A stretch of 64,000 bases of DNA from Octopus vulgaris (lineage: Eukaryota), in the NCBI GenBank assembly GCA_951406725.2, contig OX597842.1, positions 7,688,001-7,752,000 of the forward strand, read 5' to 3'. The notes under the pieces are model-generated. The model searched no databases. It was not told where the DNA came from and saw only the letters and a list, made by a program, of their open reading frames with translations. Positions 25,608 to 40,243 of the stretch are shown here, in pieces (position 1 is the first letter of the stretch; each line of letters starts with the position of its first letter). Made by a program: the position numbers and the translations under genes.

Positions 25608-26512
25608 CAGAGTCCATAAGTTTTTTGAGGATATACCTTTTTGGGGGGTCATTGCTGTATTCTTTGCTAACTCTTTATTATCTTTATTTCAGAAAATAAT
25701 AATGGCAGACCCTCAGCTTACTCAAGAAATGGAGAGGCATCCTGTTATTGTGGTTGTAAAGGCTGAGCATAGTGATTTAGAAATATCTCGAGTTTTAAAA
25801 GTTACCAGATCTTTCGTCTACAAAGTTTGTAAGGAGCCAAAGACTGAAGATGGAAATGTATCCCCAATATCAAAGCATAAAAAGCATTCTAAATGCTCTG
25901 AAATCATCAGAACACCTGAATTTATCCAGCAAGTTCAACGGACAATCCCAGAAAATCCATGAGGTCAATTGCAAAAGATCTCCATGTGTCAGAAGGAACA
26001 GCCAGAAATATTGTCCACAAAGACATCACAAAGGCATATAAGTCTTATATGATGAGGAAAGGTCAATTTGTCAGAAAAAGCAAAAGAAAGTCACTACATC
26101 AGATCTAAAAGTCTCTTAAACAAACTGAAAAATCCAGCAGAAGATTTGATTTGGTTTTTCAAACAGGAAAAACTTTGACCAAGATTAAAAAGTTAACTGA
26201 AGCAATGACAGATGGTTATGTGCAGACCCTTCTGAAGTTCCAAGTGTTATGCATACAAAATTTCCTGTGACTGTCATGCTTTTAGGGGTTGTCAGCAATG
26301 AAGGACATGTGATGCCTCCTTACTTCTTTCCACAAGGTGTTAGAATTAACTCTGCCACCTACTTTGAAGTCCTGGAAATAATTGTTAAACCCTGGATAGA
26401 CAGTGTATGCAATGGAAGGCCATATGTGTTTCAGTAAGACTCTGCACAATCACACATGGTTCTAGTAACACATAACATAACCCCTAACATTTGGCCTCCT
26501 AATTCCCCAGAA
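25608..26512 (+). mobile_element. Decayed Tc1/mariner (maT/DD37D-like) transposon
   Basis: HTKFPVTVMLLGVVSNEGHVMPPYFF...YVFQ*DSA..H..WPPNSP; HTH remnant at 25702-25962. Confidence 0.8.
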
Positions 26513-26550
26513 TTTAGAAGTAGAGTATTTAGATAAAGATAGATATTGGG

Positions 26551-27064
26551 TTAGCTTTATGGCATTTCGTTAGACCCTAGTGGCCTATAACCTCTATTCA
26601 AAGTGGAGTAAGAAAAGACCTTGTAGCTAGTTGTTGAACGCATGGGCAAAGGTGAAAGGTTAAGCACAAGGGATTGTCTCCCTTATCCCACTATCTGTAG
26701 TCGACCTGGTCTGCTTGTCGGTTCCAGGACTTCAGTAGGAATTTTCTGAAGTGTCAGCATGGTCTGAAGACTTCCATCCTGGAGTTTAAGATGTTCTCTG
26801 GGTCGAGAGAGTTCTTTAATATTCTCACCTGTTCAGTTATGTACAGTTTGCTCTCATTGATGTAGGGGTCCGGTTTTTCTAGAATCTTCCATGAGATTAC
26901 ATGAGAGATCCTTTCATACATCATATAGATAGCAGTCTGAGGGAGACAATCCCTTGTGCTTAACCTCTTTCAAAAACTTGCTCTGAGGTCTTTTCTATCT
27001 CCACTTTGAAGAGAGGTTATAGGCCACTGGCCATTAAGGTCTGAAGAAACGTTGTAAAGCTAAG
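26551..27064. repeat. Inverted repeat element (~125-bp arms) with decayed hammerhead-like motifs
   Basis: aggttaagcacaagggattgtctccct / agggagacaatcccttgtgcttaacct; each arm reads ctt-tgaa(g/t)a...GAAA..TA-aag. Confidence 0.7.
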
Positions 27065-27125
27065 CACTTTAGGGACAGGAGACCCAAGGTAACCCCATAG
27101 ACCAGCTATAACTATCTTTATCTGA

Positions 27126-27320
<195 letters not shown>

Positions 27321-27423
27321 TATCTATCTATCTATATATATATATATATATACATACACAATATATATCTATCTATCTATATATATATATATATATACAT
27401 ACACACATATATATCTATCTATC

Positions 27424-27474
<51 letters not shown>

Positions 27475-28342
27475 GACGGTAAGAAACTATCAAGAGACCT
27501 GAACAGCAGAAGGTCTTCAGAGAAGAAACTCACCTTAGGCAAGTGTTTCAGCCTTTAGCTTCTTACACACTAAGGGGGCTGGGCTGTATCCAGGTCATGG
27601 CTCCTGAAGCCCTTCTGCCAACACTTTTTAGCCACTTGGATATCGGAGACCTGTGCATTTAAACCGCATGGAGATTTCATCTAGTTAGAACTCCTCCACA
27701 TTGACTCAGCTTTGATACGTACATATTATTAGATAACAAATCACATGGTTTACACCTGGTAGCTTACCAGTAAAGCATGTTCACTTGTAATCACCTAAAG
27801 AGACACATCTACATCAATGGATGCACCTAAACCAGTATCCCACCCATGAGGAATTGATGCTGAATGGATCAAAACAATTGTAGTGATTAATAATCATTCT
27901 CATGTCTTCCATCTCTCATTAATCAAAGATATATTTATATATATATGTATATATATAAATTTGTATAAATAAGGATAAGATCGTTAATTTAATTATCGAT
28001 CTTATCAAGTGGCCAGCATGGGAATAAAAGCCTTTGAAGGTAATAATCATTATTAAAATTATAATTTAAGGTATCTAAGAGATACCTTCATGCTGGAAAT
28101 AGCAGCCAAAATTTGACTCTAAAACCACATTAAATGTTCATACAGCACCAGGAGAGAAGACAAAAGGAGAAGATGAACTAGCAAAAAATTACTGGATAAT
28201 TCCAGATTCCGAATTTCTGTTTGCATAAGATATATATATATATTTTTTTTTTTTTTTGTATATATATATATATATATACACTCTGCGACCTAGCTTTAGT
28301 AATAAACACCACTCTTAGTGGTTAACCACTAGGCCATTGCGC

Positions 28343-29181
<839 letters not shown>

Positions 29182-29199
29182 TTACTGGTGAAGGCTGGT

Positions 29200-29252
29200 T
29201 TATAGGGTTACCCTGGGTTTCCAGCCATAAGGTGTATCTTCAGACCCTATAA
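29200..29252 (-). ncRNA. Type I hammerhead ribozyme motif
   Basis: Minus strand ttatagggt CTGAAGA tacacc-ttat-ggctg GAAA ccc-a-ggg TA accctataa: perfect 9-bp stem I, imperfect stem II, GUA triplet. Confidence 0.8.
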
Positions 29253-29607
29253 CCTGTTGGCCAATGTCCTTTTTAAAATATGAAGGGGAAAATGATACAG
29301 ATACAAAACAATGGGGATTATCTCCCTTTACTACTGGTCATCGGCTACCGTCTGTGTTGTCCTCCTTCTGCTATGCCCCTGTCAGCTATGAGGGTAAAAG
29401 GTAAGGGGTTATCTCCCACTCTCATCAGCAATCAATATCTAGCTGTGGTGTAATTATCGTTAATACCACTATTACCGCTATTATGCGGTTCCCAAAACAC
29501 TAACAGGAATCTCCTGAAAAGCAAGCATGGTCCGAAAATCTCCATTCTGGAGTTCAGTATGGTCCCTGGTACGTGTGAGTTTTTCAGGATTTCCATGCAT
29601 TCAGCTA

Positions 29608-29655
<48 letters not shown>

Positions 29656-29659
<4 letters not shown>

Positions 29660-30221
29660 GTTGTCCAGAAAGTTTGTGCTGATTTTTAAAGGAAAGAAAA
29701 CGGTCAATAAATATTGCCATTACATTTTTAATCAACCAAATATGAACCATTTTGTTGCACAATGCATCTCCATCTTTCCTTTAAACTTGAAAATACCCTC
29801 TTCCCAGATTTGAGGTGGTTTCATGGCAAACAATTCATCAAGGTATCTTTTTACGTCATTCAAGGAATTGAAATTTTTACCATTAAGACTATTCTGCAGA
29901 GACCTGAATAAGTGGAAATCTGAAGGAGCAATATCTGGTGAATATGGAGGGTGGGGTAACACATCCCAGCTGAACTGCAGCAATTTTTGTCTGGTTCCCA
30001 AAGCATCAAGTACCGAAAATGAACTTTCTTATCTTTCATTTTAAAGGGTTACAGAATTAACACAGGTTATAGGAACATAAACCTTCTTCCACGAAAAGAT
30101 AGCTTAAACTGTGCTCTAACTGGAGGTGTAGTCAAAACCTATTTTATGGACTCAACCATGTTCTAAAATAAGTTGAAATGTAAGCTACTATAAATTGGCA
30201 CGAACTTTTCGGACAACCCAA
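29656..30221 (-). mobile_element. Internally deleted mariner (566-bp MITE-like copy)
   Basis: TIRs ttgggttgtcc../..ggacaacccaa; TA flanks; remnant [19 protein letters not shown]. Confidence 0.92.
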
Positions 30222-30703
30222 TACATATATATAATGTAATGTTCTGTGATAGAAAATTCATATTAGGGTGTGTGTATTGTGTGTGTGTTGGTATGTATAT
30301 GAATGGCTGACTGCCAAAAAAGAAAACAAACAGATTTCCAAGAATGCATAGGAACTTTTAGTTGCTCTCTATGGATTTCACCTGATGGAATTCAATTTTC
30401 TATACTCTACTTCCTGGACCAAGTACTTTCCCTTCCATTTGTTACTCCTAACCTACATTCATTTACTATTTCCATCCATTCATTCACATACATACATGCC
30501 ATTGGTAGCAAAACAATTTTCTAAATTTTTTTTTGCTACCCTGGAATTTATTAACGATATAATGATTTTTGGCTAATTTTGGAAGAAAATCGGTATTTTT
30601 TGTATTTGCTGCCAATAAAAAACCCACACTTGCACGATGGATTTTGAAAAATTATAACATGTAGGCATGTTCTGTATTGCCTCGTTTATATGTTAATCTT
30701 GGC

Positions 30704-30778
30704 TTTCCTGCTGATGAGAGCTTCGGCTAGCAAATTATTTTATTTGCTGAAGATACCTTGAAACCATGGTACAGGAAA
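30704..30778 (+). ncRNA. Type I hammerhead ribozyme motif
   Basis: tttcctg CTGATGA gag...ctt GAAA ccatgg TA caggaaa: perfect 7-bp stem I, long stem II (tagcaaat/atttgctg), palindromic stem III ACCATGGT. Confidence 0.85.
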
Positions 30779-30934
30779 TAGATGGTAAATGTTTTTATTT
30801 TTCATTCCTTTTCGAAATTACCCCTAATAATGGTGTTTGGAGTTTAACAACTCTTTCTAGCAGGTCAGATGTCCTGTTATGGCCATCTCTTATGTGTTTA
30901 AATGTACACTGTATTTATATATATATATATATAT

Positions 30935-31420
30935 ATTGTTCTCCCAGTCAGTGTCCTGCATATCACAGGCCTTTAATGAGGACTTGACACAGTCCTTAAA
31001 TCGCAGCCTTGGTTTCTGCCGGAATCTCCTTCCATTCACAAGTTCTCCATGCAGCATCTGCTTAGGAATCCTTCTATCCTTCATTCTAACAAGGTGTCCA
31101 GTCCAACACAACTGGGAGAACAATGCCTGTCATCGCCACAGATGGAGGAAGCAGGTTTAGGAGGGGATCAACACTTTTGAGAGAGCACGTATCCAGCATG
31201 AAGAACTTAAGCGAGCTGCGAGAAAATGCACGGCTCGTATAGTGAATGGGGAAAGCTTGGTCTGCAATGTTTGCAGTTGTGTATGCTTGTGAAGAGCAGG
31301 GCTCATTAAGCCACCAACAGAGCCGCAAATGCAAAATATAAGTTAGTCCTAGAGTGCACAATGTTCCTGAAGGTCGGCAATGGTCTTCCTCGGTCACGAG
31401 TGGACGACCATCATCATCAT
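30935..31420 (+). mobile_element. RTE-clade LINE 3' end with an inverted 5' segment
   Basis: Minus 30935-31115 QLCWTGHLVRMKDRRIPKQMLHGEL..DWEN; plus 31111-31420 WENNACHRHRWR..CNVC..GLISHQQSRKC* with a (CAT)n tail. Confidence 0.8.
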
Positions 31421-31454
31421 ATATGTTAAACCTCGCTAAGATAAATATTTCAAT

Positions 31455-31517
31455 CACCTGAAGATTGACTGTAACTCGAATTATTAAGAATTGGACAGCC
31501 ATGAAACGATCGTAGTG
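31455..31517 (+). ncRNA. Type I hammerhead ribozyme motif
   Basis: cac CTGAAGA ttgactgt...acagccat GAAA cgatcg TA gtg; palindromic stem III ACGATCGT; stem II has mismatches. Confidence 0.7.
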
Positions 31518-32222
31518 TTATACTCATTATCTTCTTTTAATAATTTTGATATATATTTAAAATAATATAAATTAATTAATCTTATGTATTGGTTTAAGTT
31601 TTTCATTGTATGATTTGCCTAATAGTGTTTTTTTTTCTAATTTAATATAATATATATATATATATATATACAAATACACACACATATGCATGTATATTAG
31701 TCAAAGTATACAGTATTATGGACCCATTACAGCTGACTTTACCAAGCAGTTTCACATATGATATAAGGTAATCAGAAGATTATGAGTAACTGCACTCAAC
31801 AGAGTTGGTCAGTATGGACAAAATGACAAATGCTCTCTATAACTGGAGGTGTCACATCTGGATTGTGTGTGCTGTATAATGAAATGTGCCTATTTTTCTC
31901 TTATCTGGATTCTTAGACACCATGTGTGTGTGTGTTTGTGTGTGCACACACAAGCTTATTACAACGAGACAAAAATATCGACGGCATGGAATGAACGACT
32001 CGGAATCACATCTATTTTTCTTTCTTTCTTTTTTTTTTTGCAAACTTCAGAATCAAACATTTATTGCTCTTTCGATAACAAGTAGGGAATATTTGCATAA
32101 ATTTATTTTTTTAAATTATTTAATTTATTAATTAATTTTTTAGTATATACTTTCTTTTCTTAGTTTTGTGTTTTTTTTCAATAATTTTAATTTACACGCA
32201 CGCACACACATGTATATATATG

Positions 32223-32266
<44 letters not shown>

Positions 32267-32343
32267 TATATATATAAATGTATATATATATGATATATAT
32301 ATATATATTTGTACATGTATATATATACATATATGTGTATATA

Positions 32344-32392
<49 letters not shown>

Positions 32393-32844
32393 GTATGTAT
32401 GTATACATATATATACATTTATATATATATATATATTTTATTTTTTATCTACACCCAACAGTGGTACACTAATGAGAAAATTGACAATAAAATATCATCA
32501 AGGGGCCAAGAGGAGAGGGTCAGAGGATGGGGTACTAGAGAGATGTCTGTGTGTATATATGTGAATGTATATATGTATATGTGTGTGAATGTGTGTGCTT
32601 GTCTGGGTAACATAATCTTTTTGTAGCTGTGTTGTGACAGGGTAGAGTGTGTAGTGTTTGCTTAGGGCTGGGTGCAAAGTGGGTGGGGTCTGTAGGAGTA
32701 TTGGGGTGTGCGAATAGTATGAACCAGCCATCCATCCACATACCCGTACTCTCACCTGTACCCCTATCCAGGCACCCCTTTGTCCTACCCCCCACCTATC
32801 TATGTATGCACATTATCAATATTAGCATTATTATGATTATCATA

Positions 32845-33781
32845 TTGAGGTGAGTCACAATTTCTGCAATATTTGCTTATGTGCCATTTCGTGGCACCAT
32901 GGAAGGTACCTGCTGAGGATCGTAGTATCTTGGCAGTTCGTACACAGACAGGTGCATTGCTTTATCTTGGCAGTTGGTGTGCAGACAGGTGCATTGCTTC
33001 ATTGTGTGCATTGTTTGAAAAGTGCACCGATGAACGTGCAATGCAGTATGATTCAGGAACTTATGTTTTACACATTCTAACCGCCACAATGCTACAGAAG
33101 CAGCCAAAAAGATTTGTTGTGCGAAAGGTGAAGGCGTAGTTGATCCCAGATCGGTAACCAGGTGGTTCGAGAAATTCTACTTGGGTAGCATGAATCTCAA
33201 AAATCAGGCAAGATCATGAAAGCCTAAAACTGTGGATTCCAAGGACAGGCTCCAAGCCACGAAGGCAAATCTGATGCGGAGACCTTGGAGAGAATCAGAC
33301 AAGCTCAGAATCTCACAAATAGATGGCATTATGTGATAAAAATATTGGCATTGGTTAATAGAAAGCAAACTCTTTTGCAAAAGACAATGCAAGACCTCAT
33401 ATTACTTGAACGACCCAGAATAAACTCTAGGAACTTGATGGAATTGAACTGATGCCACAGCCAGTGTATAGTCCAGGCATAGCACCAGACATCGAACAAG
33501 TATCAACCTGAATCAGGTTATTAGTTGTTCCAATCCATGGTTCACTTCCTAAACTCTCAATGCTCGACCAACCATGAAGAGATGGAAGCTGCAGTAAAAG
33601 AGTTTCTTGCCTTGTAGAACAAGAACTGGTATCATCGTGGGATCACAGAACTGGCAGAAAAATAGCTTCGATTAGTGCAACATGATGGCCATTACTCTGA
33701 ACACAAGCCTGCTTTTGTTGTAACTTGATGAATAAAGCAAATAATTTACCAAAATATTGCAAAACTTTTGACCCAAAACAA
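32845..33781 (+). mobile_element. Decayed mariner with TIRs
   Basis: Imperfect TIRs (ttgaggtgagtcacaatttctgcaatattt / aaatattgcaaaacttttgacccaaaacaa); remnants TRWFEKF and MPQPVYSPGIAP. Confidence 0.75.
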
Positions 33782-34905
33782 TAATACTGATTGGAATCTA
33801 GACATCTTTTCTTTCATCTGTTTGCATTTTGAACCATTCTAATAATCATTACATCTAAATTTATTTCATTGTTTATGCATGTGAACCTCTGCACATATAT
33901 TATATGTATGTATGTATATCAATATCTATAGCTATATATCTATCTATATATATATATTGGTCAGTAGTTCATATATCTGAAAAGAAGCACACACTAAAAT
34001 GTTAGAGCAGTCGTATTTAGAAGGCTGTTTGTTATGGCTGATCAGAGAGCGACCATTGGTTTCAAACCTATAAAGTGCTTAACTGTACAGGTAACTCATC
34101 TGACACAAAACCTTGACTATATGTGTGTGTGTGTGTGTGTGTGAATAAATATATGAATATGAAGAAAAGTTACATACAATTTAAGAATGAGCTGTTAGTC
34201 AACAACGTAAATTTTTATGACAACTATTTTTGTTTGCTTCTCTTGGAAAGTGAAATAGGGATTCAGGTGAAGGGGTCTGTAAAGAGCCCTATGAAATTTA
34301 GTATATAAAAATGTTAAACTATGTGTATATTTTCTTATACAGCATGTGCTTCACTGAATAATGCATGATTTAAATCCAGTTTGTATAATCACAAGGACCA
34401 TTTAAATATATGTGTGTGTGGTGTATGTGCATATGTTTGTATATATATGTGTGTGTGTATTTGTAGATGTAATTATTGTTGTTATTCACTCTTAGTGTGG
34501 TGCGTTGGGTCGGGATGGGGTGGGGGATGAAACCGGGGAGGGGTGGGGGTTTGGCGAGGGGTGAGGGCAGGTGGGAGGAAGAGGGTTGGGTGGGGGTGGT
34601 GGGGGTGGGGGTTTGGCGAGGGGTGAGGGTGGGTGGGAGGAAGAGGGTTGGATGGGAGTTGGGGTTGGGGTGGATTTTTTTTTAGGGCTTCCAAGATGCC
34701 AATTCTCTGAAAGAATGAGAATAAAAGTGTGAAATATTTGAACATCGAATAAAAACCACACGAAGAGACGCTCTTTGAACTCTCGATCAATGGCAAAATA
34801 CGTTCCTAATAAATCTTCCCATGCGCGCACACACACACATGCACGCACACATGCACACACACACACACACACAAACATGCATATATATATATTTATAGGT
34901 ATGCA

Positions 34906-34946
<41 letters not shown>

Positions 34947-35031
34947 TTAGTTATGCATCCATATATATGTGTACATATAAAGGTATGTATATATGTGTGT
35001 GTGTATATCTATATATATGTAAATACGTATG

Positions 35032-35070
<39 letters not shown>

Positions 35071-35413
35071 GTATATATTTATTTATATATATATATATGT
35101 ATGTATATATATTATATATAGGCACACACATGCACAAATATGCATAAATACACACACACACGCACACATATATATAAGTATGTATGTATATACACTCACA
35201 CACACGACACATACACATTGTTATATATATATATTTTGTACCGAATGACTGAAAGCAATTTGAAGAAGAATTGGAAAAATGTCACTTTCCATCACACTTT
35301 AATCATTATTATTATTATTATGACCATCATTATAATTATCATTATTATAATTATTATTATCATCATCAACATCAACATTATTATTATCATTATTATTATT
35401 ATTACTATTGTTA

Positions 35414-35451
<38 letters not shown>

Positions 35452-35829
35452 TTCATAAATTTTCATAACGCGACAAAAGGCCAATATTTTTCTTTCGTAA
35501 AAGGAAATGCATGTATTGTAGTGTAGTGAAGTCGATTGATTTGAACCGCAGGGTCCCAGTAAATGACTGGTACTTATATTTTAATTGATATTCATATACC
35601 CCCCTCCAACCCTATCGCATTTGTTTTAATTTATTCATTCCCATGAAATGTATGACATGGTGAAGGTGAAGTGAGTCACACTTCACCCCAGGTAGGAACT
35701 GAAGTCAGGATCCAGGGACTTAAATATGCTACATTGCCGACACCCCTCTCCTCTCCCCAGCCAAATAACCTCACCTTTATATTACAAGCCATATAGACCC
35801 TACCTTTAAATTCATAACGATAATAATAA

Positions 35830-36549
35830 TAATGTTTTCAAATTTTGGTACAAGGCCAGCAATTTTGGGTGTGTGATCAAGTCAATTACATCGACCCCAG
35901 TGCATAACTGGTAATTATTTTGTCAACCCTGAAAGGATGAAAGGGAAAGTTGACCCCAGCAGAATTTGAACTCAAGAACATAAAGATGGGTGAAATGCTG
36001 TCAGTACGCGACTAGAAATTATTTTGTTGACCCTGAAAGGATGAAAGGCAAAGTTCACCTCGGTGGAATTTGAACTCAGAATGTAGCAGCAGATGAAATA
36101 CCACTAAGCATTTCACCCAGCGTGTTAATGATTGTTGCAGATTGCCACCTTAATGATAATAATAATAATCCTTTCTACTATAGGGACAAGGCCTGAAATT
36201 TTGCGGGAGGGGACCAGTCAATTAGATTGAACCCAGTACATAACTGGTATGTAATTTATCAACCCTGAAAGGATGAAAGGCAAAGTCGACCTCGGCAGAA
36301 TTTGAACTCAGAGCGTAGCAGGAGACAAAATACCACTAAGCATTTAACGATTCTGCCAGTTTGCCACCTTAATATATTAACAATGGTTTCAAATTTTGAC
36401 GGAGGGTCAACAATTTTTGACGCTAAACATTTTGCCCGGCATTCTGTTAGTTTGCTGTTTTAGCAGAAGGAAATATTGCAAGTGACTTTGTCCAATGCCA
36501 GCTTGCCAATAATAATAATAATAATAATGATGATGATGATGATGATGAC

Positions 36550-36583
<34 letters not shown>

Positions 36584-38066
36584 GTAATAATAATAATAAT
36601 TCTTTCTAATAGAGGTACAAGGTCCAAAATTTCAGGGGAAGGAGTAAGTCAACTACACTGACCCCAGTACTTATTTTATCAGCCCCCAAAAGGATGAAAG
36701 GCAAAGTTGACCTCGGTGGAATTTGAACTCAGAAGATTGTGATGAGCAAAATACCGCTAAGCCCGGCAGGCTAACGATTCTGCCAGCTTACCAACTAATG
36801 ATAATAATAATAATAATAATAATAATAATATTAATAATAATGATAGTAGTATTGATGATGATGATGATGATGATAATAATTGTAATAATAATAAAGGGGA
36901 TAACGGTAATGATGATGTTGATGATGGTGATGATAATGAAACTAGAGATGGTATTTAAATAACAATTCCTTATATAGGCAGAAGGCAAGGAATTTTTTTT
37001 AAGTGGTGGCATTACTCATTTATGTTGGTACCAGTACATAACTGGTACTTATTTTTTAGCTCCTGAAAAAAAAAACTGAAAGGTGAAGTTACCCTAGACA
37101 GAATTTGAACTCAGAATCTAAAGTATTTCATTTGATGCTCTACCAATTCTGCCAACCTACCACCTTGGATAATTTCTAATTTAGACATATGGCCCAGAAG
37201 TTTGAAGGATGTAGGGTCAGCTGATTAAATTGACACCAGCATATAACTGGTACTTCATTTTATTGACTCTGAAAGGATGAAAGGCAAAATTGATGTTGCT
37301 GGGACTTGAACTCAAAATGTAAAATAACATAAAGAGGCTTAACCAAATATTTGTAGACCATTTTAGTCAGATGTTCTACCAATTTTTCCCGTCCCTCTGC
37401 CTTAAAATACTATGCAAAAAAGACAAAAAACAATATGATAATAAATCATAATAAATTATATAAATTATAATGAATTATAATAAATTATATAAATTATAAT
37501 AAATTATAATAAATTATAATACATTTCAATAATAATGTTGCTGGTTGCTGTGAGTGATTCCGACAATGAATTCACATCCTGTGTGTGTATGGAGTGGGTA
37601 TTTTATGGGGTGGGTGTTTCTTTGTGGTGGGAGGGGTTGAAAAATCTTCTGTGTGTGTGTATGTATGTGTATGTGTATGTTAGGGGTGGAGCAGTTAAAT
37701 GTAGTGGTGAGGGGGTGGTGGTAGTGATGCTGCTATTAAGAGTCATAATTTATATAGGATATGCGTGTGTGTGTGTGTGCGTGTGTGTGTGTGCGTGTGC
37801 GCACGCATGTGTATCTCAGTGCTTGCTTGGAAATTTGAACTTGCGCCTGCTCCCTCCACTCACATCGAAATCTACACCCTCGTTTTCTCTCATCCTTTAC
37901 CCCCCCCCACTGCCACAGCCATTTTTGCTTCTATAGCAAACAGCAACAAAAATGAAAAATAAAAAAAAACAACAGAAATAATTTTAACAATATAATTGTA
38001 ACAACAATAACAACGATAACAACAATATATATAATAATGATAATAATAATAATAATAATAATAATG

Positions 38067-38141
<75 letters not shown>

Positions 38142-38281
38142 TCTAATTTTTGGCACAATGCCAGTAATTTTGAGGGGAAGGGGCCTTAGTTGATATTGTC
38201 AACCCCACTACTTGTCTGGTACTTTATTTAACGACCCCTTGGAGGGATGAAAGGAAAAAGTTGACCTTGGCAGGATTGGAA

Positions 38282-38327
<46 letters not shown>

Positions 38328-38500
38328 TTGATGATGATGATGATGATGGTTGCAAATTTTGGCATGAGGCCAAGAGGTTTGGGGGAGGGGCTAAGTCAGT
38401 TAAATCGACCCCAGTGTGCAGCTGGTACTTATTTTATTGACCCTGAAAGATGAAAGACAAAGTCGACCCCCCCCACTGGCATTTGAACTAGTGATTCCTC
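35830..38500 (-). mobile_element. Cluster of about 8-9 co-oriented SINE family B copies interleaved with (AAT)n
   Basis: Repeated gaaaggatgaaaggcaaagt..gaatttgaactcag blocks. Confidence 0.75.
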
Positions 38501-38714
38501 CAAGCTGTGTTGCCCTAATTACGATAATGACATCGACATCTTTTTAATTAAAACGGCAAGGCATTGAAGAATTGTGAGGGTCACTAAGCCGCCTGACAGA
38601 TCTGCTCTGGCTCACCGTGGCCTCTATTCAAGAATTTGCCATCATCAGCTTTGCCTTTTGTCCTTCTGGGGTCAATAAAGAAAGTACCAGTATAGGGCAG
38701 CAGATTGGTGGAAC

Positions 38715-39340
38715 TGTTAGAGTACAGAATGTGTTTTCTTGTATTGCATCTGTTAGAGTACAGGATGTGTTTTCTTGTATTGTATCTGTTAGAGTACAGG
38801 ATGTGTTTTCTTGTATTGTATCTGTTAGAGTACAGGATGTGTTTTCTTGTATTGTATCTGTTAGAGTACAGGATGTGTTTTCTTGTATTGCATCTGTTAG
38901 AGTACAGGATGTATTTTCTTGTATCGGATCTATTAGAGTACAGGATGTGTTCTCATGTATTGTATCTGTTAGAGTACAGGATGTGTTTTCTTGTATTGCA
39001 TCTGTTAGAGTACAGGATGTATTTTCTTGTATCAGATCTATTAGAGTACAGGATGTGTTCTCATGTATTGTATCTGTTAGAGTACAGGATGTGTTTTCTT
39101 GTATTGTATCTGTTAGAGTACAGGATGTGTTTTCTTGTATTGTATCTGTTAGAGTACAGGATGTGTTTTCTTGTATTGTATCTGTTAGAGTACAGGATGT
39201 GTTTTCTTGTATTGTATCTGTTAGAGTACAGGATGTGTTTTCTTGTATCGGATCTGTTAGAGTACAGGATCTGTTCTCTTGTATCGGATCTGTTAGAGTA
39301 CAGGATCTGTTCCCTTGTAGTATCCTATTTGTTAGAGTAC
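38715..39340. repeat. 36-bp minisatellite, ~17 copies
   Basis: Unit tgttagagtacaggatgtgttttcttgtattgtatc; no spacers. Confidence 0.95.
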
Positions 39341-39957
39341 ATGGTGTTGCCTTGCTGCATGTTAACCATGTTGCCACTTCATGCTTTGAAATCAATACAT
39401 GTGACATCATTGGCACCATGAAGTATTGATGTAGGGATGTGGAAACATCAGGCTTTTCATGTTTGAAATGTTTGGGTAGCTACTGGTCTGCCCAAGCCTG
39501 CACCTTGGTGAGACATTGTCAAAGTGATGAATCTCTGAGTATGTGTGTGTGTGTGTATGTATGTATTATATGTGTGTGTGTATGTATGTATGTATATGTG
39601 TGTGTGTGTATGTATGTATGTATGTATGTGTAAATTGCAGGGAGGAAAGGGGAGTGGGGAGAAGCCAATACACGTTAGCAAAAGGGTTCCATTGGCAATG
39701 GGTAATGTAGGAGAGGTGAAGGAAGAGGAGGCAGTTAATTGGAGTTTCAAAAAAAAGGGGCAGATAGCAGGGTGAGGGCAGCAATGATGCTGGAAGTATG
39801 AAAAATAAATACAGGGGCAGACCAAATTAGTAATTTAAAATGATTAATAATGATCAGCAATTTTTAATATGAGAAGGCAGAAGGAGACAGGCAAAGTGGG
39901 TCGACAAGGGCTTTCAAAATGTGTAGGGGGTGGTGTTAGGTAGACGTGATCAAGAAA

Positions 39958-39993
<36 letters not shown>

Positions 39994-40113
39994 CAAGCAC
40001 ACCAATGAAGGAAATAAAAAAATAATTAACATCAGTCCCACCCACTCTGTTTAATTAGATTCTAATTACATTCTAATTAAACTAATGTTAAAATACCCAG
40101 CTTTCTCTCCTTG

Positions 40114-40183
<70 letters not shown>

Positions 40184-40243
40184 TGCACAGTCACACACAC
40201 ACACACATATATATACACACACACATACATATACACAGACATG

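Noticed and set aside
25840-25865. ga-CTGAAGA-tg-GAAA-tg-TA-tc hammerhead-like string
   Set aside because: It lies inside transposase coding sequence with stems of 2 bp or fewer; likely chance.
34500-34680. G-rich tract as a functional G-quadruplex or ORF
   Set aside because: Low complexity with no supporting context, although G4 formation is physically possible.
38617-39429. 36-bp repeats as a CRISPR array or repeat protein
   Set aside because: Units are contiguous with no unique spacers, there are no cas genes, and the context is eukaryotic; open frames follow from a stop-free unit.
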